A DNA stretch of 64,000 nt from Acidobacteriota bacterium (GCA_016184105.1 JACPDI010000027.1:52112-116111); one strand, 5' to 3'. Positions 23,327 through 32,954 are shown, numbered from the stretch's first letter. The notes: generated from the letters alone by a model not told the origin. Translations and numbers: made by a program.

Positions 23327-24543
23327 TGACCGCGCCGGTGGTGTTCGAGGGCGTCTGGAAGAAGTTCGAGCGCGGCGAGCGTCACCGCACGCTCCGCGAC
23401 CTGCTTCCGGCGGCCGCGCGGCGCGCCCTCGGGCGGCAGCCGCCGGCGGAGCTGTCCGGACGCGAGTTCTGGGCGCTGCGCGACGTGTCGTTCGAGGTGG
23501 AGCCGGGCCGCGCGCTCGGGATCATCGGGCCGAACGGCGCCGGAAAGTCAACCGTCCTGAAGATCCTCTCGCGGATCCTTCGTCCCACCCGGGGACAGGC
23601 GCGCGTGCACGGCCGGCAGGGCGCGCTCATCGAGGTCGCCGCCGGCTTCCATCCCGACCTCACCGGGCGCGAGAACGTGTTCCTCCAGGGCGCCATCATG
23701 GGGATGCGCGTCGGGGAGATCGCGAGGAAGCTGGCGGACATCGTGGAGTTTGCGGGCGTCGGCGAGTTCATGGATACGCCGGTGAAGCGCTATTCCTCCG
23801 GGATGAATGCACGGCTCGGCTTCTCGATCGCGGCCCACCTCGACCCGGACGTGCTGCTCATTGACGAAGTCCTTGCCGTGGGAGATGTGGCGTTCCAGGA
23901 CCGCTGCTTCGAGCGGATGCTGGACTACAAGCGTGCGGGGGTCGCCATCGTGTTCGTCTCGCACAACCTGGCGGCGGTGTCCGCGCTGTGCGATTCGGTC
24001 CTCGTGCTGGGCGGCGGCGCGAAACAGGCGCTCGGCCCGAGCGACACGGCAATCGCCGCGTATGCGGCGGCGCTGCGCGGGGGCGCGGCGGCGCCTTCGG
24101 AAGGCGAAGCGGTCGTCAGCATCGTCGACTTTTCCGGCCGGCCGCTCGAGGCCATGGACGCGGGCGGGGAGGTCATCGTCCGCACCGTCGCACGACTGCA
24201 GGAAGACGTGGGCTCGCTCGGCTCTGCGCTGCGGATCCGCCGGCTGGAAACGAACGACATCGTGTTCCAGACCTCCACCGTGTCCGTGGGGGAGACACCC
24301 GTGCGCGCGACCGCACAGGAAGTGGTCCGCATCGACTGGCAGATCGCGGCGAACCTCACGCGAGGGCACTACTCCGTCCAGATCATCCTCATGAACAGCG
24401 CGACCAGACGCATCGTCGCGCGTCTCGCGCCGGCGATCCTGACGATCCGCGAGACGACAAGCGAGCGTGGCGTTGCGCATGTGCCAGCGTCGTGTTGCAC
24501 CACCGTCGCTGTTACAGGCTCCGCGCTGGCGGCAGTGACATGA
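23326..24543 (+). CDS. ABC transporter ATP-binding protein (Wzt-like) with an extra C-terminal domain
   Basis: ATG 23326 overlaps the upstream stop (TGATG). Walker A GPNGAGKST, signature YSSGMNARLGF, Walker B LLIDEVLAVGD. About 160 aa of extra C-terminus, possibly a glycan-binding domain. Confidence 0.85.
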   Translation: MTAPVVFEGVWKKFERGERHRTLRDLLPAAARRALGRQPPAELSGREFWALRDVSFEVEPGRALGIIGPNGAGKSTVLKILSRILRPTRGQARVHGRQGALIEVAAGFHPDLTGRENVFLQGAIMGMRVGEIARKLADIVEFAGVGEFMDTPVKRYSSGMNARLGFSIAAHLDPDVLLIDEVLAVGDVAFQDRCFERMLDYKRAGVAIVFVSHNLAAVSALCDSVLVLGGGAKQALGPSDTAIAAYAAALRGGAAAPSEGEAVVSIVDFSGRPLEAMDAGGEVIVRTVARLQEDVGSLGSALRIRRLETNDIVFQTSTVSVGETPVRATAQEVVRIDWQIAANLTRGHYSVQIILMNSATRRIVARLAPAILTIRETTSERGVAHVPASCCTTVAVTGSALAAVT

Positions 24544-25565
24544 ACGTGTATTTCTCCACCGTCGTCCGCCGCGCCCGCGAGGGCGCCGGCGGAGAGGTTG
24601 TCAAGGTCGACTGGGACCGCAAGCGCGTGCTCGCCCGCGCTCCCGTCGCGGCCGTGAATCCCACGGTCCGCGATCCCAACCCGCGCGGCAATACACGCGG
24701 GGGGCGCGGCATCCTCCTCGACGGCGACGAGGTGCTGGTGGCCTCGTACCACTCGCTGCTGGTGTTCGACCGGTCGCTGCGGCTGCGCCGTCAGGTGAGC
24801 CATCCGTTGTTCGTCAACCTGCACGAGATCTCGTGGGATGGCGATGGGTGCATCTGGGCGACGTCGACCAACATCGACGCCGCCGTCAAAGTCGATCGCG
24901 CCGGGCGCATGGTCCATGCATGGTGGCCACGGGAGGATCCGGTGCCGGCCGGGCGGTTCCGCCTGACGCCGCTCGCGCTGGCGAAGGACGGCGACAACCG
25001 AACGGCGTTCGTCGGCGTCTCGGCCAACAGTCACAGCCACGTGCACCTGAACGCGGCCACGATGTGGGAGGGACGACCGCTGATGCTCTTCAACCGCTTC
25101 GGCTGCGTGGTCCGGCTCGACCCCACCGAGGTCCTGATCGAGGACCGCGCGCTCCGCGGCGCGCACAATCTGCTGGTCGCCGACGGGCACATCCTCATCA
25201 ACAACACCGTCGGCCGCGCCGTCCACGTGTACGACGGGAACGGCCGCCTCGTCACGCGCATCGACCTGACCGCGTTCGACGTTGTCCGCCGCGTGCTGCG
25301 GCGGCACGCCTTTGCGCAGGCGGGCTGCTGGCTGGCGCGGCACGGCAGGCCCTCGCGAATCTTCAGGCCGTTGTTCCAGCGCGTGGCCACCGCGCGACCG
25401 CTGTTCGTTCGCGGCCTGTGTGCCACGGACCGAGGCACTGTGCTCGCCGGCATCTCCCCCGCGACGATCCTCGAGATCGACTGGCGCCGCAACACGCTCG
25501 TCGATGTCTTCTCGTTTTCGACCGACCGCCACGTGTGCGTCCATGGGCTCATCTGTGAGAACTGA
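24540..25565 (+). CDS. hypothetical protein (341 aa, propeller-like sequence pattern)
   Basis: Tail of ORF 23988..25565. ATG 24540 overlaps the Wzt stop (ATGA). MNVYFSTVVRRAREGAGGEVVKVDWDRKRVL... No motif I can name with confidence. Confidence 0.6.
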   Translation: MNVYFSTVVRRAREGAGGEVVKVDWDRKRVLARAPVAAVNPTVRDPNPRGNTRGGRGILLDGDEVLVASYHSLLVFDRSLRLRRQVSHPLFVNLHEISWDGDGCIWATSTNIDAAVKVDRAGRMVHAWWPREDPVPAGRFRLTPLALAKDGDNRTAFVGVSANSHSHVHLNAATMWEGRPLMLFNRFGCVVRLDPTEVLIEDRALRGAHNLLVADGHILINNTVGRAVHVYDGNGRLVTRIDLTAFDVVRRVLRRHAFAQAGCWLARHGRPSRIFRPLFQRVATARPLFVRGLCATDRGTVLAGISPATILEIDWRRNTLVDVFSFSTDRHVCVHGLICEN

Positions 25566-26607
25566 CGTCCTCCCGGCCGGCGGGACCGCTGCGCTGTCGC
25601 AGGACGCAACGCCGCGCCTGCGCATCGCGCGTGATTGCGCGCGGGAATACTGGCGCGCGCGGCGCGCCCCGCGATTCACCCGCGCGGACCCCGTCAGGCT
25701 GCAGCATTCGCTCGACGTGCTCGCCCGCGGCGGCCGCACGATGCTCGCCGACGATCCGGTGTTCCTGCTGGCATCGGGCTGGCGCACGGGCTCGACGCTC
25801 CTGCAGAGGGTGCTCGTGACCGACCCCGCGCTGCTGATGTGGGGGGAGCCGCTGGGTCGCATGGCCCTGCTGCCGCGCCTCGCGGAGATGCTCGCGGCAG
25901 TGGACGACCGCTGGCCGACGCCGGAATCCGCCACGCTACCCCAGGATCCGAGCGGGCTCGCGACGTCGTGGATCGCGAACCTCTATCCCGGCAATGGCGA
26001 CCTCCGTCAGGGGCTCCGCGCGCTGCTCGATTCCTGGCTTGCCGCTCCCGCTCGGCGCCGGGGATACGTGCGGTGGGGTGTCAAGGAGGTGCGGCTCGGC
26101 GCCGCGGAAGCGTGCGTGCTCCGATGGCTGTATCCCGCAGCTCGCTTCATCCTGCTGCTCCGGCACCCGTTTGACTCATATCGTTCGGCACGCAACTGGC
26201 GCCTCTACTCGCGATGGCCGGACGAAACGGTCGACTGCGCGGTCGCCTTCGCACGGCACTGGAACCGTCTCGCGGTCAGCTGGAACGCCCGCACGACCGG
26301 CCTCGACCCGCTGGTCATCCGGTACGAGGATCTCGTCTCGGGGAAGTTCGATTTCGAGCGCCTGGGGAATTCCCTGGATCTGCAGCTCGCACCCGAACGC
26401 GCTCTTTCGTCGCGCCCCGGCGTCAGGCGCACGAGACGCGAGCTCTGTTCCTACGAGCGGCGCCTCGTCGTGCGCGAGGCCGCCGCCGGGATGGAGGCGT
26501 TCGGCTACCTGCCAGACGGTTCGACTGCCGTGTGGAAACAACCCGGACTGCCTGCACAGTCTGGCAGCACCATTCATGGGGAGGAGCCTCTGAAATGTCC
26601 GGAATGA
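25543..26607 (+). CDS. sulfotransferase family protein (ST2)
   Basis: ORF 25282..26607 trimmed to ATG 25543. 5'-PSB-like FLLASGWRTGSTLLQRVL and 3'-PB-like LLLRHPFDSYRS. Confidence 0.75.
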   Translation: MGSSVRTDVLPAGGTAALSQDATPRLRIARDCAREYWRARRAPRFTRADPVRLQHSLDVLARGGRTMLADDPVFLLASGWRTGSTLLQRVLVTDPALLMWGEPLGRMALLPRLAEMLAAVDDRWPTPESATLPQDPSGLATSWIANLYPGNGDLRQGLRALLDSWLAAPARRRGYVRWGVKEVRLGAAEACVLRWLYPAARFILLLRHPFDSYRSARNWRLYSRWPDETVDCAVAFARHWNRLAVSWNARTTGLDPLVIRYEDLVSGKFDFERLGNSLDLQLAPERALSSRPGVRRTRRELCSYERRLVVREAAAGMEAFGYLPDGSTAVWKQPGLPAQSGSTIHGEEPLKCPE

Positions 26608-28370
26608 TTGCCCCGCACGGTGGAACACTGGTGGATCTCGTGGCGCCGCCCGAACGCCGGCGTGAGGTCCAAAATGCGTCGCGCGACTGGCCGTCCTGGG
26701 ATCTGACGCCGCGGCAGATCTGCGATCTGGAGCTGTTGTTGAACGGCGGGTTCTCGCCGCTTCAGGGCTTCATGACCCGGACCGATTACGACCCGGCGTG
26801 CCGCGACATGCGCCTGGCCTGCGGGCTGCTCTGGCCGATACCCGTCGTGCTGGATCTGCCGGAGGAGCGCGCGGCCGGGCTCGCCCCGGGGTCGACGCTC
26901 GCACTCCGGGATGCCGAGGGCGTCATGCTGGCCATCCTGCACGTCGAAGACGTGTGGCGGCCGGATCGCGAGCAGGAAGCGCAGCTCGTGTACGGCACCA
27001 CGAGCCGCGAACATCCCGGCGTGGCCGCACTCCTGGAGCGCACCAACGCGTGGTACGTGGGCGGGCGGGTGGAAGGGCTGCAACTGCCCGTGCACTACGA
27101 CTACCGCGACTTGCGGCGCGCCCCGGCCGACGTCCGCGCGGAGTTTGCCGCGCGCGGCTGGCGGCGTGTCGTGGCGTTCCAGACACGCAACCCGATGCAC
27201 CGCGCCCACCAGGAGCTGACGCTCCGGGCGGCGGACGAATGCGACGCGAAGCTCCTCGTCCATCCGGTCGTCGGCATGACGAAACCCGGCGACGTGGACC
27301 ACTACACTCGTGTGCGGTGTTACCAGTCCGTGATGGCCACCTACCCGCAGGGCACCGCAATGCTGTCACTGCTGCCCATCGCGATGCGGATGGCCGGCCC
27401 GCGCGAGGCCGTGTGGCACGCGATCATCCGGAAGAATTACGGATGCACCCACCTGATCGTGGGCCGCGATCATGCCGGGCCGGGTGCCGATCGCTCCGGC
27501 CGGCCGTTCTATGGCGCCTACGACGCGCAGGCGCTGCTCCAGTCGGTCCAGGAGGAACTGGGCGTCGCCATGGTGCCGTTCAGGAACATGGTCTACCTCC
27601 AGGGCGAGGACCGCTACGTCCCGGACGACGAGGTGCCGGCACACGCGCGAGTGCTCAGCCTGTCGGGCACCGAGCTCCGCAGCCGCCTGGCCGACGGCCG
27701 CGACATCCCGGAGTGGTTCACGTTCCCGGAGGTGGCGGGCGAGTTGCGGCGGACGCACCCTCCACGCCGCCGCCAGGGCTTCACGATCTTCTTCACCGGC
27801 CTGTCCGGATCGGGCAAGTCGACGATCGCGAACATCCTGCTCGTCAAGCTGCTCGAGCGCGGCGGGCGCAGCGTCACGATGCTCGACGGCGACCTGGTCC
27901 GCAAGCACCTCTCGTCGGAGCTCGGCTTCTCACGCGAGCATCGCGACCTGAACATCAGGCGGATCGGCTACGTGGCCGCGGAGGTGTCGCGCAGCGGCGG
28001 CATCGCCATCTGCGCCCCGATCGCGCCGTACGACTCGGTGCGCCGCGACGTCCGGCGGATGGTGAAGAGCGGCGCCGGCTTCGTGCTGGTCCACGTGGCG
28101 ACGCCGATCGACATCTGCGAGAGCCGGGACCGGAAGGGGCTCTACGCAAAGGCCCGCGCCGGCATCCTGCAACAGTTCACAGGGATCTCCGACCCGTATG
28201 AGGCACCTGAGGACGCCGAGGTCGTGATCCACACCGATCAGTGCTCCGCGGAGGAAGCGGCGGATCGGATCGTCGGATACCTGGAGATGGAGGGCTATCT
28301 GGAGCCGGCGCGGGCCGACGTCACCGCGGCGGCCGCATCAGGAGAATCGCAGATACAGCTCCTGGTATGA
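26595..28370 (+). CDS. sat-cysC: bifunctional sulfate adenylyltransferase / adenylylsulfate kinase (PAPS synthase)
   Basis: ORF 26214..28370 trimmed to ATG 26595 (SD GGGGAGGAG). ATP-sulfurylase motifs FQTRNPMHRAHQEL and VGRDHAGPG. APS-kinase P-loop FFTGLSGSGKST and ..LDGDLVRKHL. Confidence 0.9.
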   Translation: MSGMIAPHGGTLVDLVAPPERRREVQNASRDWPSWDLTPRQICDLELLLNGGFSPLQGFMTRTDYDPACRDMRLACGLLWPIPVVLDLPEERAAGLAPGSTLALRDAEGVMLAILHVEDVWRPDREQEAQLVYGTTSREHPGVAALLERTNAWYVGGRVEGLQLPVHYDYRDLRRAPADVRAEFAARGWRRVVAFQTRNPMHRAHQELTLRAADECDAKLLVHPVVGMTKPGDVDHYTRVRCYQSVMATYPQGTAMLSLLPIAMRMAGPREAVWHAIIRKNYGCTHLIVGRDHAGPGADRSGRPFYGAYDAQALLQSVQEELGVAMVPFRNMVYLQGEDRYVPDDEVPAHARVLSLSGTELRSRLADGRDIPEWFTFPEVAGELRRTHPPRRRQGFTIFFTGLSGSGKSTIANILLVKLLERGGRSVTMLDGDLVRKHLSSELGFSREHRDLNIRRIGYVAAEVSRSGGIAICAPIAPYDSVRRDVRRMVKSGAGFVLVHVATPIDICESRDRKGLYAKARAGILQQFTGISDPYEAPEDAEVVIHTDQCSAEEAADRIVGYLEMEGYLEPARADVTAAAASGESQIQLLV

Positions 28371-29375
28371 GCGCAGCAAACGATTGACGTCGAAGCTGGC
28401 TACCGCGAGCCCGCGCGCCGCGCGCGCGCGTTCGCGGTAGCTGTCTCTCAGTTCCTCGACCTGCTCGGCAAGCGCCGTCACAGTACGCGGGGCGACCACC
28501 CCTGCGCCCGCCGAGCGAATCTCCTCCGCGATCCCGCACTCGGGCGATACGATGGCCGGCCGGCCGCACGCCAGGCCCTCGACAATGGAGTTCGGGCAGG
28601 ACTTTCCCGCGCCCTCAGTAAAGCAGGCGGCGACGGCATGGACGCCCGCATAGACGGCCGGCATGTCCGCGACGTCCTGCGGCATGACAATTACGTTCGA
28701 AGGCAGCTTGAGAGCGCGCAGCGCCCGCGATGCGGCCGTTCCGCTCCCCCACTGGCGCCACAACAGCACGATTTCGATGTCCGATCGTTGCCGCGCCAGT
28801 TCGACGAGCAGGGGAACGCCGCGCGGCGCGATCTCCCGCGGATCGGAAGGCGTGCTGGCAAACAGGATCCTGAACGGCGCGTCCTGCGGGTACGGCGCCG
28901 GCGCGAACCGGGTGAGATCGATCCCCGGCGGCACCACGCGGATTCGATCGCCAGCAATCCCGGCGCGCCGAAGCGCGGCGCCGAGCTGCTCGGTCTCCGG
29001 CACGAAACAGCACACTTTGGCGTACAGCTCCGCGTCGAGTGGCGGTCCTGGGGCGACAACTGTAAAGATCACGGGGCGCCGGCCGACCGCCCTCAACAGG
29101 TGCCACGCGTCGGCGGGGCCGAACAGGTGCGTGATCGTTCCCAGCCGCTCGAGAGCAGCGGCCAATACGCGGAGAGTCACCCAGCGCCTCGCGGACAGCC
29201 TGACGACGGCGGCATCCAGGAGAACGGCCGAACGCTGTCCCGGCGAAAAGGACACGATGGTGCTGCGAGGCGAAAGCGACCGGCGGATGGTCTGTACTTC
29301 CTTGGAGATCGCCTCCCGGGCGGGATCCCAGACGCCGGTCCAGTACGTCACGGCCGCCGGCACGTCACGATCCAT
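28338..29375 (-). CDS. glycosyltransferase (GT-B, family 4-like)
   Basis: ORF 28338..29579 trimmed to ATG 29375. C-terminal GT1/GT4 signature GKSCPNSIVEGLACGRPAIVS. Confidence 0.75.
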   Translation of the reverse strand: MDRDVPAAVTYWTGVWDPAREAISKEVQTIRRSLSPRSTIVSFSPGQRSAVLLDAAVVRLSARRWVTLRVLAAALERLGTITHLFGPADAWHLLRAVGRRPVIFTVVAPGPPLDAELYAKVCCFVPETEQLGAALRRAGIAGDRIRVVPPGIDLTRFAPAPYPQDAPFRILFASTPSDPREIAPRGVPLLVELARQRSDIEIVLLWRQWGSGTAASRALRALKLPSNVIVMPQDVADMPAVYAGVHAVAACFTEGAGKSCPNSIVEGLACGRPAIVSPECGIAEEIRSAGAGVVAPRTVTALAEQVEELRDSYRERARAARGLAVASFDVNRLLRSYQELYLRFS

Positions 29376-30133
29376 TCGAGCGGCTCGCTCCCTAACCTGT
29401 CCACGAGGCTCAGGGCGGCACGCGCCAGGAGCGGCGACCGTGGCGCCAGCAGCACCTGAAGGCGATAGAGCAGCGGATAGCCGTTCTGAACGCCGGTCAA
29501 CGACACCAAGTCGAACCCGCACTCTCCCAGTTCGGAGCGCAGCTCGTCGCTGGTGAGCAGGGCATCGTAGTGATGGCATTCCCGCGACCGCGCCCGGACA
29601 GCCGCGGCGACATCCTTGTTAATGGCGTCGAAGACGAGAAGACCGCCCGGCGGTAGCACGCCCCGAATCTGTGCGTAGATGCGGCGCCTGTCTTCCCGAT
29701 CGAAGTGCCTGATGAGGCGGAACGCGTACACGAGATCAACCGTCCCGGAAATCGGAAGACTGAAGACATCCCCTTGAACGAATCGCCACCGCCCCCGGGC
29801 CACGGCCTCGAGCCTGCGGCGCGCTTCGTCCAACATCGGCGCGCTCGCATCAATGACGATGCCCGATCCGCGGTGTACCCTCGCGACCTCGACGGTCAGC
29901 CGCGCCGGGCCCGGCGCGACCTCGAGGAGGGTGTGGGGGCGCAGAGTCCGGATGAGGCGCACGAGATGCGCCGCCTGGCGCGCGTGAAGGAGCGCGCCGA
30001 GCGGTTGCCGGAAGCGCTCATCGATATAGCACCGCGCGACATGTTCGTCTCGATACGCATCCCGGATCTCCTCGTGACCTTCGAGGACCCGAGCGACAGG
30101 CACACCGTCCGGGGCTTCACGCACCATATCCAT
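29348..30133 (-). CDS. class I SAM-dependent methyltransferase
   Basis: ORF 29348..30133. Motif I LLEVAPGPARLT, then ..DLVYAFRLIRHF..LPPGGLLVFD. Confidence 0.8.
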   Translation of the reverse strand: MDMVREAPDGVPVARVLEGHEEIRDAYRDEHVARCYIDERFRQPLGALLHARQAAHLVRLIRTLRPHTLLEVAPGPARLTVEVARVHRGSGIVIDASAPMLDEARRRLEAVARGRWRFVQGDVFSLPISGTVDLVYAFRLIRHFDREDRRRIYAQIRGVLPPGGLLVFDAINKDVAAAVRARSRECHHYDALLTSDELRSELGECGFDLVSLTGVQNGYPLLYRLQVLLAPRSPLLARAALSLVDRLGSEPLEWIVTCRRP

Positions 30134-31016
30134 ACCGCCTGTTCAGCGATCCGGCGTGGGTCTCGAACAGCGCCAGGTCCTCCGCGCGCAGCTTCGTTCC
30201 CCACGCGTCATCCGCGCGAACAACGCCGTCGAACTCATGACGCCGCCGGTTTCCGACGACGTGCCGGCTGGCGCGGTCGGAGTAATCGAGCGGCACGGAC
30301 GGATCCACTTCGAGGAACGCGAGCAACTCACGCAGCACACGGTCCGGCTCGCGGCACAGGTCTTCGTGCTTCAACCAATACACGTCGGCAGGCAGCAGGC
30401 ATTGCGCAGCGCGCTCGAGGTTCCGGTTTCCCCACAGCCACGCGCCGACGGCGCGATCGGGGGTCCGCTTCTCCTTCTCAATCAGCGAGCTCATGACCGC
30501 GCGCCCGTCACGTCGCAAAGCGATGAGCTTCACACGGATCGATGGATCGCGCCGGAGGAATCGTACCTGCAGCGGATTCTTCGTCGTATCGACAAACACC
30601 GAAGCGCCCGTCCTGTCGCAGAGGATCCGCGCGAGCGCCACCGACCGCCTCACGGCGGTGTGGGCGCGCTTCTGAAGCGCGCAGCGGGCGGGAAAGGCGC
30701 GATCGCGAAGCCGGTTCAAGATTTCCCATTGAAACTGGTAGAAGAACAGGTCTTCGAGGATGCCGGCGCCGCGGCGCGGCTGGAGGTTGATGTCCGGCGC
30801 GCCGACCCTGAAGTCGAGGCCGCGCCGGCCGGCTTCCGCCGCCCAGTCGGCCCAGAACGGATCGTCCTCGAAGCGTTGTCCGCACGAGCACCGCTCCGTC
30901 CCCGGGAAACTGGCGCCGAACTCCCCCACGGTCGCAATCTGCGGGTGCGCCGACAGCAGGCACGCCACCAGGGTGGATCCGCTGTGCTCGACCGACGCCA
31001 GGTAGGCGTAAATCAC
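30117..31016 (-). CDS. sulfotransferase family protein (ST3)
   Basis: Only the last 300 codons of ORF 30117..32951 look real. GTG 31016 overlaps the asnB stop (GTGA). YLASVEHSGSTLVACLL and ALRRDGRAVMSS motifs. Confidence 0.75.
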   Translation of the reverse strand: MIYAYLASVEHSGSTLVACLLSAHPQIATVGEFGASFPGTERCSCGQRFEDDPFWADWAAEAGRRGLDFRVGAPDINLQPRRGAGILEDLFFYQFQWEILNRLRDRAFPARCALQKRAHTAVRRSVALARILCDRTGASVFVDTTKNPLQVRFLRRDPSIRVKLIALRRDGRAVMSSLIEKEKRTPDRAVGAWLWGNRNLERAAQCLLPADVYWLKHEDLCREPDRVLRELLAFLEVDPSVPLDYSDRASRHVVGNRRRHEFDGVVRADDAWGTKLRAEDLALFETHAGSLNRRYGYGA

Positions 31017-32953
31017 AGTGCCGCCCGCCTCAATCCGGGCGCCATCGCGCTGGCCGCGGGCGCTCCCAGCGTCGCCGACGACAGGCGGCTCCAGCGCTCG
31101 AGCATCCATACCGCCCACAGCGCGTAGGAATGGTCGGCGGCGCCGCGGCAGTGCTCGTCGAACAGCCGGCGGACCTCGGCCAGATCGAGCAGGCCGAGCA
31201 CCAGCGAACGTGACGTCAGGACCTCGTCGCGGAAGCGGGCCGCGTACCGGCCGCGCAGCCATTCGGCGACCGGCGCGGTGAAGCCATGCTTGCGCAGACC
31301 GGCGATCTGGCGCGGGAGGCGCCGGCGCGCGATCTCGCGCAGCAGGTACTTCGGCGCGAGGCGCGGCATCTTGCGCGACGTCGGGATCCTGAACGCCGCT
31401 TCGACCACGCGCCGGTCGAGCAGCGGGCAGCGCACCTCGAGGCTGTGCGCCATGCTCATGCGGTCCACCTTCACGAGCACGTCGTTCGGCAGATAGATCT
31501 TCAGATCCGCGTACTGCGCCTTGAGCACCGCATCGCTCGCGGGGCAGCGCCGATAGGCGTCGGTCACCGCCGCGAGCGCGGGGCTGTCGGTGAGCGGCGT
31601 ACCGGGAGCCCAGCCGAGCAGCCGGGACACGGCCGCCGGCTTGAGGAAGCAGAGATCCATGTAATAGGAAACCGCCGGGTCGCGTGACAGGTTCTGCAGC
31701 GTCGTCCCGAGCCGCAGCGGGCGCGGCACGTGCCGCGGCCACACCGATCCCAGCCACTCCCCCGCGGTGCCCAGTTGGCCGCCGGGAATGAGGTGCCGCG
31801 CCGCGGCCTCGAGGCCGTGGGGGACGTACCGGAAATCGTAGCCGCCGAACGTCTCGTCGCCGCCATCGCCGCTCAAGGCAACCGTCACGTGCTGCCGCGC
31901 GCGCTGCGACACGTAGTAGGTCGGGACCGCCGACGCGTCGGCGAAGGGTTCGTCGAACGACGCCGCAATGCAGTCCAGGACCTGGTCGAGATCCGGCTCG
32001 AGCGTGACCGCTTCGTGACGGGTGCCGAACCTGGCAGCAGTGAGCGACGCGGCGTGAAGTTCGTTGTGAGCCGCGGCGCCGAAGCCCACCGTGCAGGTCG
32101 TGACCGGAGACGTGTTCGCCTCGGCCATGAACGACACCACCAGCCCCGAGTCCACGCCGCCGGACAGGAACGCGCCCAGCGGGACCTCGCTCTCGAGGCG
32201 CGCGTCCACGGCGCTGCGCAGTTCGGCGGTCAGATCCTCGAGCAGCAAGGGCGTGGGCCGGTCGTCGTGACCGAACTGTTCGACATCCCAGTAGCGGCGC
32301 ACCTGCACGCGCCCGTCTTTCGCGCGCAGCCAGTGCCCGGGCTCGAGCTGCGACACGTGACGATAGATGGTCCGCGGCGCGAGCTGGTACCCGAGGGCGA
32401 AATACGTCTCGAGGGCGCCAAGATCGACCGTGCCGTCCCACGCGGGACTCGCCCGCAGGGCCTTGATCTCGCTCGCGAAATGAAGAACGCCGTTCAGGAC
32501 CGCGTGGTAGAGCGGCTTCTTCCCGAGGCGGTCCCGCGCCAGCAGGACGGACCCGTCGCGCTGGTCGTAGATGGCGAACGCGAACATGCCCTCGAGGTGC
32601 GCGACGCAGTCCGGCCCGTACTGCTCGTACGCATGGACGATGACTTCCGTGTCGCATGCCGTCTGGAAGCGGTGGCCGTGCGCGAGCAGCCTCCGCCGGA
32701 CGTCCCGGTGGTTGTAGATCTCTCCGTTGAAGACGATCCGGCAGGTGCCGTCCTCGTTCGACATCGGCTGCGCGCCGCCGGCGCGGTCGATGATGGCGAG
32801 CCGCCGGTGGCCGAGCGCGGCCCGCTCGTCTGCGAAGAAGCCGTCGCCGTCCGGCCCCCGATGACCGAGCGCCGCCGCCATCCGCCGCACGGAGGCGCGA
32901 ACCTCCGGCGCGATCGGCCCGGTGAGCGCGACGGCGCCGCAGATGCCGCACAT
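31013..32953 (-). CDS. asnB: asparagine synthase (glutamine-hydrolysing) family amidotransferase, exosortase-system associated type
   Basis: ORF 31013..32953. N-terminal nucleophile MCGICG and PP-loop AFLSGGVDSGLV. Confidence 0.9.
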   Translation of the reverse strand: MCGICGAVALTGPIAPEVRASVRRMAAALGHRGPDGDGFFADERAALGHRRLAIIDRAGGAQPMSNEDGTCRIVFNGEIYNHRDVRRRLLAHGHRFQTACDTEVIVHAYEQYGPDCVAHLEGMFAFAIYDQRDGSVLLARDRLGKKPLYHAVLNGVLHFASEIKALRASPAWDGTVDLGALETYFALGYQLAPRTIYRHVSQLEPGHWLRAKDGRVQVRRYWDVEQFGHDDRPTPLLLEDLTAELRSAVDARLESEVPLGAFLSGGVDSGLVVSFMAEANTSPVTTCTVGFGAAAHNELHAASLTAARFGTRHEAVTLEPDLDQVLDCIAASFDEPFADASAVPTYYVSQRARQHVTVALSGDGGDETFGGYDFRYVPHGLEAAARHLIPGGQLGTAGEWLGSVWPRHVPRPLRLGTTLQNLSRDPAVSYYMDLCFLKPAAVSRLLGWAPGTPLTDSPALAAVTDAYRRCPASDAVLKAQYADLKIYLPNDVLVKVDRMSMAHSLEVRCPLLDRRVVEAAFRIPTSRKMPRLAPKYLLREIARRRLPRQIAGLRKHGFTAPVAEWLRGRYAARFRDEVLTSRSLVLGLLDLAEVRRLFDEHCRGAADHSYALWAVWMLERWSRLSSATLGAPAASAMAPGLRRAAL

Positions 32954-32954
32954 C

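Noticed and set aside
31017-32951. N-terminal 645 aa of the 944-aa ORF 30117..32951
   Set aside because: This part is an out-of-frame shadow of asnB. Only the last 300 codons (the sulfotransferase, starting at the GTG that overlaps the asnB stop) look like a real protein.
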